From Octopus bimaculoides (taxonomy: Eukaryota): a stretch of 64,000 nt of DNA. The translations under genes were made by a program, and so were the position numbers. Location: assembly GCF_001194135.2 (NCBI RefSeq), contig NC_068990.1, forward strand, positions 83,427,102 to 83,491,101, read 5' to 3'. The notes beneath the pieces were generated by a model. That model was not told the DNA's origin. It ran no database searches and was given only the letters and a program-made list of their open reading frames with translations. How positions within the stretch are numbered: the first letter of the stretch is position 1; the number at the start of each line of letters is the position of its first letter. Below, one piece after another: positions 1-12,478 of this stretch.

Positions 1-740
1 TGNNNNNNNNNNNNNNNNNNNNNNNNNNNNNNNNNNNNNNNNNNNNNNNNNNNNNNNNNNNNNNNNNNNNNNNNNNNNNNNNNNNNNNNNNNNNNNNNNN
101 NNNNNNNNNNNNNNNNNNNNNNNNNNNNNNNNNNNNNNNNNNNNNNNNNNNNNNNNNNNNNNNNNNNNNNNNNNNNNNNNNNNNNNNNNNNNNNNNNNNN
201 NNNNNNNNNNNNNNNNNNNNNNNNNNNNNNNNNNNNNNNNNNNNNNNNNNNNNNNNNNNNNNNNNNNNNNNNNNNNNNNNNNNNNNNNNNNNNNNNNNNN
301 NNNNNNNNNNNNNNNNNNNNNNNNNNNNNNNNNNNNNNNNNNNNNNNNNNNNNNNNNNNNNNNNNNNNNNNNNNNNNNNNNNNNNNNNNNNNNNNNNNNN
401 NNNNNNNNNNNNNNNNNNNNNNNNNNNNNNNNNNNNNNNNNNNNNNNNNNNNNNNNNNNNNNNNNNNNNNNNNNNNNNNNNNNNNNNNNNNNNNNNNNNN
501 NNNNNNNNNNNNNNNNNNNNNNNNNNNNNNNNNNNNNNNNNNNNNNNNNNNNNNNNNNNNNNNNNNNNNNNNNNNNNNNNNNNNNNNNNNNNNNNNNNNN
601 NNNNNNNNNNNNNNNTATATATATATATATATATATATGTAAGAAAAAATGGGATGTGCATATGTTAATGCAATTGAAACAATTGTTGGATTTTTAAGGT
701 GAGATCTAAAATAAAGATATGATTCTATTTGTACACATAT

Positions 741-904
741 GACGGGCTTCTTTCAGTTTCCGTCTACCAAATCCATACACAAGGCTTTGTTTAGCCCGAT
801 GCTATAGTTGAAGGCATTTGCCCAAGGTGTCATACAATGGGACTGAACCCAGAACCATCTAGTTGGGAAGCAAGCTTCTGACCACACAGCCACTCCTGCA
901 CCTA
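741..904 (-). mobile_element. tRNA-derived SINE family A, 5' half
   Basis: Reverse complement of the recurrent motif AGGAGTGGCTGTGTGGT...GGTTCAGTCCCA...CTTGGGCAA...GGAAACTGAAAGAAGCCCGTC found many times in the window. Confidence 0.85.
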
Positions 905-1816
905 TATTAATCATTTTTGTACAGTTTCAAGACCTTCAGTTTGGGTATTTCCCAATTATTTTTCAGGCATTTAATGGGAAAATGATGTCAAGGTCATGAT
1001 CTGCAAGTAGGCATGTATCTCATCTTTCGTATTTTTGGTTCATTTATATAGAATTTCGGTGACTAATTTTGGGAAAACATTTCATCAATGAATTTCCTCA
1101 TTGTTTGAAAATGGTTACTGTGATATGTGATTTAACATGGTCATTGTTAAAGTCATTAGCATGGCTAATTGTAAAATGTTTTTGTTTTTTTAGTTTATGC
1201 TAATTATAACTATATGCCAATTTTATTTTTATTTTTCAGTTATTTCCAGTTATTTCCATGTTTAGTTACTTGAAGAATCAGTTTTATTTGTTTCATATGC
1301 AGTTTGTGGCTGTCTTCTTCTATTTTTATTTATTTATTATTTTTTTTTTCTTTCTTTTTTTTTTTCCCCCCATTTTTCATCAGCTAGACAAGCTGGAATG
1401 AATTGATAGGAATGTAGTTCTTGAAATGTGTTCTGATATTATTTTATTAAAAGCAGCAGCGGTGGTGGCTGGTGGTGGGATCTCGGTCGTTTGATGAAAA
1501 TCCATTTGTTTGATCGAGTGAATTACTTGCTCTTGAATTAACAAGCATTCCACGCACATGTNNNNNNNNNNNNNNNNNNNNNNNNNNNNNNNNNNNNNNN
1601 NNNNNNNNNNNNNNNNNNNNNNNNNNNNNNNNNNNNNNNNNNNNNNNNNNNNNNNNNNNNNNNNNNNNNNNNNNNNNNNNNNNNNNNNNNNNNNNNNNNN
1701 NNNNNNNNNNNNNNNNNNNNNNNNNNNNNNNNNNNNNNNNNNNNNNNNNNNNNNNNNNNNNNNNNNNNNNNNNNNNNNNNNNNNNNNNNNNNNNNNNNNN
1801 NNNNNNNNNNNNNNNA

Positions 1817-2110
1817 TTTAATGTCTGTTTTCCATGCTGACATGGGTTGGACGGTTTGACCAGGGCTGGTAAGCTGGGGGAGGAGGGGAGGGCCTGCACC
1901 AAACTCCAGTCTGATTTGGCAAAGCTTCTACACCTCGATGCCCTTTCTAACGCCAACCACTCCAAGAATGTAACGGGTTCTTTCACGGGCCACCAGTATC
2001 TGCCACGGCTACGATTACCCTTGACTTGATGGGTCTTCTTCTCAAGCACAGCATATTGCTGAAGGTCTTGGTCATTTGTCATTGCCTCTGTGAGGCCCAA
2101 TGCTCAAAAG
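1817..2110 (-). mobile_element. RTE-type LINE 3' end remnant (ORF2 C-terminus plus 3'UTR)
   Basis: Minus-strand peptide LTEAMTNDQDLQQYAVLEKKTHQVK followed by the 3'UTR motif GGCGTTAGAAAGGGCATC...GCATGGAAAACAGACATT shared with other copies that end in (GAT)n. Confidence 0.7.
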
Positions 2111-2321
2111 GTGCAAGCAAATATCAACATAATAGTGTGACAAGGCTGTGTCTCTTGAATTACAGGTACAATTCACCTGGAAGGTTTCTCTACAGTTTCC
2201 ATCTACCCGATTTCACTCATTCAGTGCAAGTTGATTCAAGGCTAGAGAAAATGACATTTACCCAAGACACCGCAATGGGGTTGAATCTAGTATGTATAAA
2301 TGTATGTATGTGTGTATGTAC

Positions 2322-2362
<41 letters not shown>

Positions 2363-2395
2363 TGTCCGTCCGTCCGTCCTTTCACCTCTTGACAA

Positions 2396-3242
2396 CTGGA
2401 TCAGCAATGAGCTTGGACTAAATAACAACAACAACATCATTTCTAAAACGACAGGGTGGTCATGATCAGATTGCCTTTAATTATGTCTGTTCACTGAGGG
2501 GGTCTTAAAGGAGAGACAAGTACATCTGAATCAAAGAACAGGAAACTGAAGAAGGATGCAGGTTATCGTGTGCGTGTGTGTCTCCCTGCTTCTGCCTCTT
2601 GACAACTGGGGCTGGTTTGTTTACATCCCCATAACTAAGCAGTTTGGTTAAAAAAAAAAAGACCGACAATTATGTACCAAACTTAGATAAGGAAAAGAAA
2701 TGAAGTACCGGGGTTGATTTGTTTGACTAAATCCTTCAAAGGATGCCTGCCCCAGTATGGCCACACTCCAGTGACTGAAACAAATATACGACTAATGATT
2801 AAGAATATGTGTCGGCTTGGCAAATAAGGGTAGAGGGGAGGGTCTGAAAGAGACTCAATTACACTGAAATATAAAGAATTATGTTAATTCCATCACTAAA
2901 AGACTAGAAAACAACCATGCCTGTAGGGAGACATTTGACTTGCTAGAAATAACAGCCACATTGCTAAATCAAATCCTGACATCTTAGAAAAGGGCAGGAC
3001 ACATTGAATGTTGCCTTAGATATACTGTGACTAGTTAATGCTGAATTCCCTTGAATACAGGTCCCCTGGATCAGCAATGAGCTTGAAGTAAATAACAACA
3101 GCAATCAGAACATTTCTAAAATGATAGGGTGGTCGTGATTGGATTGCCTTTAATTATATGTCTATTCAGTTGGGGAGAATTAAAAGAGGAGAGACGAGTA
3201 CATTGAAATCAAAGAACAGGGAACCGAAGGAGGATACGGGTT
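2396..3242 (+). repeat. Local direct repeat of about 170 bp (2396-2564 and 3066-3242)
   Basis: CTGGATCAGCAATGAGCTTG...GATTGCCTTTAATTAT...AATCAAAGAACAGG..AC..AAG.AGGAT.C.GGTT present twice, about 670 bp apart, roughly 80% identical by eye. Confidence 0.85.
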
Positions 3243-5090
3243 ACCAATTTTGATAAATTTCAGCTTCTCTATTTTAATGGAGAGAATAAGGCATGAAAAG
3301 TATGTGGAACTTGCTTTGTAACACAGAAGATCGGTAATTAATCTGTTGTTGTCAAGATTACGGCAATGACTATGAAGACACAAAAGTGTGTTTCTGGGTG
3401 AATTACAAGTCTTTATTCTAATAGTTTCTTTGTATTTTTTCTTTTGTTTTGTGTGCTTTTTTTTTCCTGGAAAGACAGAGAATTAAATACCAGATTGGTG
3501 ACATTAAAATGTACTTTCTACTGCGTCCTGTGTCCTTAAATACTGAAAGTGGGTGTTTGTGATTTGAGAATTTGTTATTTTACAATCATTATTCACTCCA
3601 GACAAAATGCGGCTAAGCATTTTTTTTTCTGTCTTTACATTCCGAGTTCAAATTCCACGGAGGTCGACTTTTCCTTTTATCCATTTGGAGTCGATAAAAT
3701 AAATACCAGTTGAACACTGGGATTGATGTAACTGACAAGTCCCCACCGCCGAAATTGCTGGCCTTGTGCCAAAACTTGAAATAGATTTTTTTTTCTTTTC
3801 CTCTTTTTAAAAAAAATAAATTTTGTTTTCAAAGAGCAGAGCAAGGGCCATGTTGTTAGCAAGCTCTTTAATGCCATTAAGATTCCAATTGAATTTTTTA
3901 TAGATTGGAAACACCTAAGAATTGTTGATGACAGGATACCTTTCCTGTCATCACTGTCCAACCCATACAAGCACAAAAATGTGGATGATAAAACAATGAT
4001 GATAAATGTAAAGAAAAAGTAGGTGTTTGTTGATTGTTGAAGTTCCAGATGGCTACAGCACAGGATATAAGGTTTCTAGTAAAGAATTTGATGCAGGGAG
4101 GTTTGGGGCCACAGAGGCACAGAAAATGGATGATGAAAAGAAGTAGCAGAGGTGGAGGTGAGTGAGTGACATGGATGGTTCTCAACTTGGTGAGTGAGAA
4201 GAGTAGGAATCTTAGGTTGGCAGAATCATTAGAGCAGTGGATGAAAGTACTTTGCAGTATCTATTCCAGCTCGTTTCATTCTAAGTTCAAATTCCACCAG
4301 TGTCAACTTTGTTATTAATCTTTTCAAGATGGATAAAAATAAAATACCAATCAGATAACGCAATCGATGTTTTGCAAATAACTTGCATGTGCAAGTGCTA
4401 CCACTCGAAAGCTCCACATACCGGAAACCAGCAAGTGTCTGGGGTCATTAGGAGAGAATGTGTGCCATTTCAGGGCCTACCTCCCAACGGCACCAATGCG
4501 CACCGGCCTCCACTCACTGATATGAAGCCTCGCTTGCTAAATCAACTGGTTATCAAATAAAGCTCAACATTCTTCTAGACATCACTCAAAAAAAATTTCA
4601 AAATTTCTCACAATTTCTGACCTCCTGCCTGTGTTGGAAACAATCGTGATTGTAATGCCACACACAGACAGGGGGAGGGCAAGCCAATAAGTTGGGTGAT
4701 AATCTCATTGAAATGAGGTTTAGATGGGTGTGTGTATATCTGAATATATGTGTACAAAAGCTGCTCTGTCAACAATAACTAAGCAATATGTTATGTGTGA
4801 GGTACGCAGATGTCTTGTATAGGGTCAGCAGATTTTCAGAGCTAAAGCTTCTACACTATCAGGGGAGGCCTAATTGATCATGATGTAGATTTGCTTGGAC
4901 AAGAGAGAGAGCAGTAATTTGAAGGTTTTACTCATTTGGTTTTCCTGATCAGCAAAGGCTAGTGGTGTATGTTTTTTAACATGGTAACAGTGCTGTTGTT
5001 GAGATGACCAAGTTATCAGAGCTTCATCCAGCAGAGAGTGTGCATGTATGTATGTGTGTGTGTGTGTGTGTGTGTGTATGAGAGAGAGAG

Positions 5091-5477
5091 TGGAGGCGCA
5101 ATGGCCCAGTGGTTAGGGCAGCGGACTCGCGGTCATAGGATAGCGGTTTCGATTCCCAGACCAGGCGTTGTGAGTGTTTATTGGGCGAAAACACCTAAAG
5201 CTCCACGAGGCTCCGGCAGGGGATGGTGGCGAATCCTGCTGTACTCTTTCACCACAACTTTCTCTCACTCTTACTTCCTGTTTCTGTTGTGCCTGTAATT
5301 CAAAGGGTCAGCCTTGTCACTCTGTGTCACGCTGAATATCTCCGAGAACTACGTTAAGGGTACACGTGTCTGTGGAGTGCTCAGCCACTTGCACGTTAAT
5401 TTCACGAGCAAGCTGTTCCGTAGATCAGGTCAACTGGAACCCTCGTCGTCGTAACCGACGGAGTGCCAACAACAACA
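5091..5477 (+). mobile_element. Full-length tRNA-derived SINE family B with target-site duplication
   Basis: A box TGGCCCAGTGG, B box GGTTTCGATTCC, (AAC)n tail. Flanked by ATGAGAGAGAGAG (5078-5090) and ATGAGAGAGATAG (5478-5490). Second copy at 7841. Confidence 0.9.
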
Positions 5478-5690
5478 ATGAGAGAGATAGAGAGAGAAAG
5501 ACACGGGCATGTAAATTGCATGTAAACAACATCTAGGCCTGAAAGGTGGTTTTTGGAAAATCAAATATGGTTATCATTAACGTGCTGATAGCCATACCTG
5601 GCTTGGCTTCGAGATAACATCCAGTGACATTGATTAAATTGCTGACGTAGTAATGTTGGAAACACAAGGAAGCTCTGAGGTATGTTACAA

Positions 5691-5920
5691 TTAACCCATT
5701 AATGCATAGCATCCAGAGAAAAGGATACAGGAAAAATTACTATTGCTTGTTAAATAAACTACCTATTAAGATTATTTTTGGAACAGTCTGCCTCTAAACT
5801 AGAGCTCTATGAGTGAGCAAGCGCTGCGTACAAACAAACCAGTTATACACACATACAAAACAACTAATAGTAATTATTCCTGCATCCATTTTTCTGGACT
5901 CTTATGCATTAATGGGTTAA
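5691..5920 (+). mobile_element. piggyBac-like MITE with about 55 bp imperfect TIRs
   Basis: TTAA-CCCATTAATGCATA...TATGCATTAATGGG-TTAA. TIR similarity extends through TCCAGA.AAA.GGAT.CAGGAA.AATTACTATT. TTAA target and CCC/GGG ends are the piggyBac signature. Confidence 0.85.
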
Positions 5921-6241
5921 TATGTGTAGGAGTGGGTTCCACTGACACAGTAAAATCAAACAGCCTATGAACAACTTTGTGAGAAAGTCCTCAATTGAGG
6001 GCATTTGTTAACTGTGGAAGGTAATGAAATTGCTTTCAAAATAGAATTACAATGTGCTTAGTTACACAGAATGTATTAAAACAATATTGCAGACATTTTT
6101 TTGGTACATTATCTGGCTGTCTGTAACAACTTGATGACAGTTTTCTGTTCTATATTTCATTCATTTTTTTTTTTTCTCTGGTTTGTAAACTTCATTAAGA
6201 TTACTATTGTTTTTTGTGTCTCTTTTTTAACCGAAAGCTCA

Positions 6242-6282
<41 letters not shown>

Positions 6283-6955
6283 NNNNNNNNNNNNNNNNNN
6301 NNNNNNNNNNNNNNNNNNNNNNNNNNNNNNNNNNNNNNNNNNNNNNNNNNNNNNNNNNNNNNNNNNNNNNNNNNNNNNNNNNNNNNNNNNNNNNNNNNNN
6401 NNNNNNNNNNNNNNNNNNNNNNNNNNNNNNNNNNNNNNNNNNNNNNNNNNNNNNNNNNNNNNNNNNNNNNNNNNNNNNNNNNNNNNNNNNNNNNNNNNNN
6501 NNNNNNNNNNNNNNNNNNNNNNNNNNNNNNNNNNNNNNNNNNNNNNNNNNNNNNNNNNNNNNNNNNNNNNNNNNNNNNNNNNNNNNNNNNNNNNNNNNNN
6601 NNNNNNNNNNNNNNNNNNNNNNNNNNNNNNNNNNNNNNNNNNNNNNNNNNNNNNNNNNNNNNNNNNNNNNNNNNNNNNNNNNNNNNNNNNNNNNNNNNNN
6701 NNNNNNNNNNNNNNNNNNNNNNNNNNNNNNNNNNNNNNNNNNNNNNNNNNNNNNNNNNNNNNNNNNNNNNNNNNNNNNNNNNNNNNNNNNNNNNNNNNNN
6801 NNNNNNNNNNNNNNNNNNNNNNNNNNNNNNNNNNNNNNNNNNNNNNNNNNNNNNNNNNNNNNNNNNNNNNNNNNNNNNNNNNNNNNNNNNNNNNNNNNNN
6901 NNNNNNNNNNNNNNNNNNNNNNNNNNNNNNNNNNNNNNNNNNNNNNNNNNNNNNN

Positions 6956-7000
<45 letters not shown>

Positions 7001-7660
7001 ATATTTATCAGATGAACTACAATGAAAACAATATTTGAAACGTATGGTATATAATTTTTTTTGTGCAGGGTTTCCTTGAGACATGTCATTCATTTTAAGG
7101 GTTACACAAAGGTAAAAAGATTGAGAAACACTGGGTTCAGGTGTTGCACTCACATAATCACAAGATTGTGGTTTCATTTCCCCAACCAGGTAGTGAGTTG
7201 TGTTCTTGAGCAAAACACTTCATTTTACATTGCGCCAGTTTACTCAGCTGTAAATGCATTATCCTGGGATCATCCCAGGACTCAAGACAGTACTTATTAC
7301 TTAGTGTTTTGAGTTCAATTTCCACTGAGGTCAATTTTGCCATTCATCCCCCCAGAGGTCATTAAATTAGATATTTGTCAAATACCGAAGCCAATGAACT
7401 AACTATGACCTTACTTCCCCAAAATATAAGCCCCAAGCCCCATCCACCCCACGTGCCTATATTAGAGATCCACATTAAAAATAAGAGAGCCCCTTATTGT
7501 TGATCATCTGTCAAATACAAATGGTACAGTTTAGACATATAAGTAGCATCAGATACTTCTAGATGTACAACATTTCTTTGCATGGTTATCTTTGACCCCA
7601 TTCTATGATCTTACTACCACTAGTCAGCCATGAAGTAGAACTTCATGAAGTAGAACATAG

Positions 7661-8282
7661 ACATATAGCTGTGTAGTCATATGCACAGACAACTGCATGT
7701 GTTGATTGGTATACATTGTCGTAGTGGCACTCCGTTGGTTATGACAACAAAGGTTCTAGTTGATCTGATAAACGGAACAGTCTGCTCATGAAATTAATGT
7801 GTAGTGGCTGGCGATCTATCATATATATATATAACAATGTGGAGGCACAATGGCCCAGTGGTTAGGCCAGCAGATTCGTGGTTGTAGGATCACAGTTTCG
7901 ATTCCCGGACCAGGTATTGTGAATGTTTATTGAGCGAAAGCACCTAAAGCTCCACGAGGCTCCGGCAGGGGATGGTGGCGAACCCTGCTGTACTCTTTCA
8001 CCACAACTTTCTCTCACTCTTACTTCCTGTTTCTGTTGTGCCTGTAATTCAAAGGGTCAGCCTTGTCACACTGTGTCACGCTGAATATCCCCCGAGAACT
8101 ACATTAAGTGTACACGTGTCTGTGGAGTGCTCAGCCACTTGCACATTAATTTCATGAGCAAGCTGTTCCGTTTATCAGATCAACTGGAACCCTCGTCGTC
8201 ATAACCGACGGAGTGCCACAACGACAATGTGTACCAATCAGTACATGCAGTTATGTGTGCATATGACTACACAGCTATGTGT
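7661..8282. repeat. Inverted duplication, arms 7661-7810 and 8132-8282
   Basis: The reverse complement of the left arm aligns to the SINE-B 3' end plus about 60 bp of its 3' flank, roughly 89% identical by manual count. Confidence 0.9.
7841..8223 (+). mobile_element. Full-length tRNA-derived SINE family B, copy 2
   Basis: Colinear with 5091-5477; flanked by ACAATGTG at 7834-7841 and 8224-8231. Confidence 0.9.
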
Positions 8283-8646
8283 AGATGTACATACACTCAT
8301 ATAGTAAGCCTTACAATCATGCGTGTGTATGTGAGAGTATGGTGTGTGTGTCTGTGTGACTGTAACATGTCTGCTTATGGTTATGAGTAAGTGGTATGTT
8401 TATATGTGATTATTGTTGTTGTTCTGTAAATTTTGGTCAGTTGAAACTGCATATGTGGTGAGTAACTAGCTGGCAGTTCAAATAACAGTAAAATACAAAG
8501 ATCAAGTACTGAAGATCTACATAAGACAGTGATAAAAGACCACATCAGCAGTGACACACAGATGACGGACTTTAGGTGATATGCCATGGATTTAGAGAGA
8601 GAGAAAAAAATCTTCCTACAACATCATGTTATAAAAAGTTTATCTC

Positions 8647-8840
8647 TAACCCTTTTAGCATTAAGATTAGTTTGTTAAATGTAATGCTTATTAATCCTGC
8701 ATTATCTTGTAGCTTCAAGATTTCAATGATGTGATTGTTTATTTTTAGAACGACATTGTAGGGTAGGTGTGAGAGGTCAGATATGGTCAGTTAAACCTTT
8801 TAGCATTAAGATTACTCTGATAAATGTAATGCTTATTTAT
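8647..8840 (+). mobile_element. piggyBac-like MITE fragments (TTAACCCTTTAGCATT family), opposite orientation to 49301 copy
   Basis: TAACCCTTTTAGCATTAAGATT...AAATGTAATGCTTATT occurs twice in tandem; matches the reverse complement of 49301-49532. Confidence 0.7.
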
Positions 8841-10536
8841 TGTGTCTGTGTTTGTCCCCCAACATCACTTGATAACTGATGCTGGTGTGTTTACGTCCCC
8901 CGTAACTTAGCAGTTCGGCCAAAGAAACCGATAGAGTAAGTACTAGATTTACAAAGAATAAGTGCTGGGGGTCGATTAGCTCGACCAAAGGTGGCGCTCC
9001 AGTATGGCTACAGTCAAATGACTGAAACAAGTAAAAGAATAAAACACCTGCAATTAGCCAGAGGAATAACGATGATAAATTACATTGTAGTTGGTATTTA
9101 GCCCCAAGTAATTTCTAATTAAGCAGACCTATAATGGAAAACACCAGCTGTAACCTCAGCATCTTTTAATCAAACATGCTATATCTAAGAATGCATTAAT
9201 TAACTACTGCAACGGACTGCAATGGCGTCCCGTCCAGCTGGGGAACACATACACCATTGAAACCGGGAAACTGGGCCCATGAGCCTGGCTAGGCTTTAAA
9301 AGGGTGCATTTATTATTTTTATTTATGCGTGTGAGATAAGACAGCGAGCTGGCAGAATCGTTAACATGCCGAGCAAAATGCTTAGTGGCATTTCGTTCAC
9401 CTTAAGGGAGCAAGGTAGCAGAATCATTAGCAAGCCAGGTAAAATGCTAAGTGCTATTTCATCCATCCTTAGGTTCTGAGTTCAAACGCCACCAAGATCG
9501 ACTTTGCCTTTCATCCTTTCGGGGTTGAAATAGGTACCAGTAGGGCACTGGGGTCGATGTAAATGATTTAACTCGCTCCCAAACTTGCTGACCTTGTGTC
9601 AAAATTTGAAATCAATGTGTGTGTGCATACTCTTTTGCTTTTTTACTTGTTTCAGTCATTTGACTGCAGCCTGGCTGGAGCATGGTTTCTACAGCTGGAT
9701 GCCTTTCCTAATACCAACCACTCCAGGAGTGTAACGGGTGTTCTTTACGCGCCACTGGCACGGGTGCCATTTACACAACACCAGCAAGGTGCCATTTACA
9801 TTCCACCAGCAACGGCCACAAACATGCTTTCACGAGTGCCATTTATATAACACCGGCAACGGCCACTACAATTTCACTCGCTACTACTACTACTACAACT
9901 AGTGAGAAAAAGAAACACCAAAACCTATTGTATGTATGTCCACATATTATTGTTCTGATTCAAGACAAATATTTTCTGAGTATTTTTGCTTGGAATGTAA
10001 GTACATACACATAACATATATATATACACACACATAAAGATGTGTACATATATAGTCACATACAGTGCATATAGACAGATGCAGTAGAGCACATAATGAT
10101 ATAAACACACAGAGCCACAAATGCACATTCATACACACATATACACACACACACTTACGCATACGCACAGATGGCCAGTGGAAAAAAACGGTTTCTAATT
10201 TGCTGAAGTAAAAAAAAAAGGTAACAGTGAACCATTAGTCATATAACGACTTACTGTCTTATTATCCAAGCAGAAAACGGTCACAGCTCACCATCACCAC
10301 CACCATCACTCACGCACACACATACACAACCCGACTGAGCGACCAGCCAACCAACCAGCCGACAAACCAGCCAACCAAATGATCACCTAAAATGCCTGGA
10401 CATTTAAGAGGACTAAATATAAAATCTTATTGAAGATTTATTAATACATGAGCACAGTATGCAGCAACAGCCCATTTTTTCTGAAATTATATGTCAAACT
10501 TGTAGCCAGACATAGCAATAATGTAGTGTTAATATA

Positions 10537-10955
10537 TTCTTTTATTCTTTTACTCATTTCAGTCATTTGACTGCCGCCATGCTGGAGCACTGCCTTTAAG
10601 TGTTTTTCACTCGCTGCTACTACTACTAGTGAGAAAAACAAATCAACTCCAAGACTTATTTTTTTAAGCCTGGTACTTATTCTATTGGTCTCTTTTGCCA
10701 AACCGCTAAGTCAAGGGAACATAAACACACCAACACTGTCAGGAGGTGATGGGGACAAAGACAGACAAAGACAAACACACATACAGATAGATATATACAT
10801 ATATACGACAGGCTTCTTTCAGTTTCTATCTACCGAATCCACTTTGGTCAGCCCAAGGCTATAGAAGAAGACACTTGTCCAAGTTGCTATGCAGTGAGAC
10901 TGAACCCAGAACCATCTGGTTAGGAAGCAAACTTCGTATCACACAGCCACAACGG
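10537..10955 (-). mobile_element. SINE family A, degenerate full-length
   Basis: Reverse complement of tail (GCTCCAGCATGG..GCAGTCAAATGACTGAAA) and head halves in the correct order. Confidence 0.8.
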
Positions 10956-11330
10956 CACCTTGAACTATTTACTAGCTAGGTATACATTACGAACACACTG
11001 CAACACTACTTCAACACCACACACACACCTACACACACACATACTGCTAGTGAGTCATCTGTCAACTTTGGAGACTTTTTTTTTATGTTGTTTAATCATT
11101 TGCTTGGACTGGGGCACTACCTTGAAGGGTTTAGTCAATTCATCTCCAATACATTCAATAATCTGAATGCTAAATGGTTAATGTAATTCTCAGATAAAAG
11201 CACCCATACCACAGAGTCTGGCAAGAATGGTTCTTTAATCACAGGTGTCATCTATCAAACAGGTTTCCAAAGAACTTCTGTCAGCTTAATCCCACTCAAA
11301 ACGGATTAGGTTGACCCATACACATAATCG

Positions 11331-11580
11331 TGGAGGCGCGTGGCTTTGCGGTTAGGGTGTCAGCATCATGATTGTAAGTTTGCAGTTTCGATTCCTGGAC
11401 TGGGCGACGCGTTGTGTCCTTGAGCAAAACACTTCATTTCATGTTGCTCCAGTCCACTCAGCTGGCAAAAATGAGCAACGCTGCGATGGACTGGCGTCCC
11501 GTCCAGCTGGGGAACACATACGCCATTGAAACCGGGAAACCGGGCCCATGAGTCTGGCTAGGCTTTAAAAGGGCGCATTC
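11331..11580 (+). mobile_element. tRNA-derived SINE family C
   Basis: tRNA-like head (TGGCTTTGCGG, GTTTCGATTCC), then TTGTGTCCTTGAGCAAAACACTT...GCTGCGATGGACTGGCGTCCCGTCCAG...GAAACCGGG; a close inverted copy lies at 51176-51420. Confidence 0.85.
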
Positions 11581-11929
11581 ATTAATTATTTTTTTATACA
11601 CATAATCACATGATGGACACTTGCATGGCTAGCGATGGAATTACGAGGTGCTAGGTTCAGTGCCAATGGGTAGTATTTGGAGCTTTGCACCCACAAGGTC
11701 TCAGGTTCAGCCCCATAATGCAGTACCTCAGGAAAATGTCACCCACTATAGTCCTGGGCTGACCAATGCTTGGTAGATAGAAAGTGTGAAAGCCTTCATG
11801 CATGTGCATGTGTGCATGTGTGTGTGTGTCTTTGTCCCTTCCCTAGTGCAGTTTGCTTACATTCCCATAACTTAGGAGTTACACAAGAGCAAGGCAATAA
11901 GTAGCAGTAAACACACCAGCAATGGTTGT

Positions 11930-11980
11930 GAAGCAAAGTTGAGGGGACAAACACAGACACACAAACGTATACACACATAC

Positions 11981-12013
<33 letters not shown>

Positions 12014-12192
12014 CATATATATATACATACAATGGGTTTCTTTCAGTTTCCGTCTACCAAATCCACTCACAAGGCTTTGGTCGGCCCGAGGCTATAGTAG
12101 AAGACACTTGCCCAAGGTGCCACGCAGTGGGACTGAACCCGGAACCATGTGGTTGGTAAGCAAGCTACTTACCCCACAGCCACTCCTACACC
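11930..12192 (-). mobile_element. SINE family A
   Basis: Near-consensus reverse-complement head, (TA/CA)n spacer and part of tail. Confidence 0.85.
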
Positions 12193-12259
12193 ATTATTAT
12201 ATCAATAAATACAGTACATGTTGAAAGAAGAGCACACTAAAACAATAGCTCATACAACC

Positions 12260-12478
12260 ACCACATGGTAACATGACCGTCACATGGTTACCACATGGTC
12301 GTGCAACTGCTGCACGGTTGAGCAACTGCTGCACTGCCATGCAACTGCTGCATGTCCATGCAACGCTGGATGGTCATGCAACTGCCACACAGTCACGCGA
12401 CTGCCACATGACTACCTCATGGTTACACAACTACTACATGTCCAGTCACCACGTAGTTTCACAGCTACGACATGGTTC
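12260..12478 (+). repeat. Degenerate minisatellite, about 19 bp unit
   Basis: Units GGTCGTGCAACTGCTGCAC / GGTTGAGCAACTGCTGCAC / TGCCATGCAACTGCTGCAT / GGTCATGCAACTGCCACAC / AGTCACGCGACTGCCACAT. Confidence 0.75.

Noticed and set aside
5091-5165. tRNA-like sequences at SINE heads (also 7841, 11331, 16490, 47144)
   Set aside because: No complete cloverleaf or acceptor stem; they continue into SINE bodies, so they are not tRNA genes.
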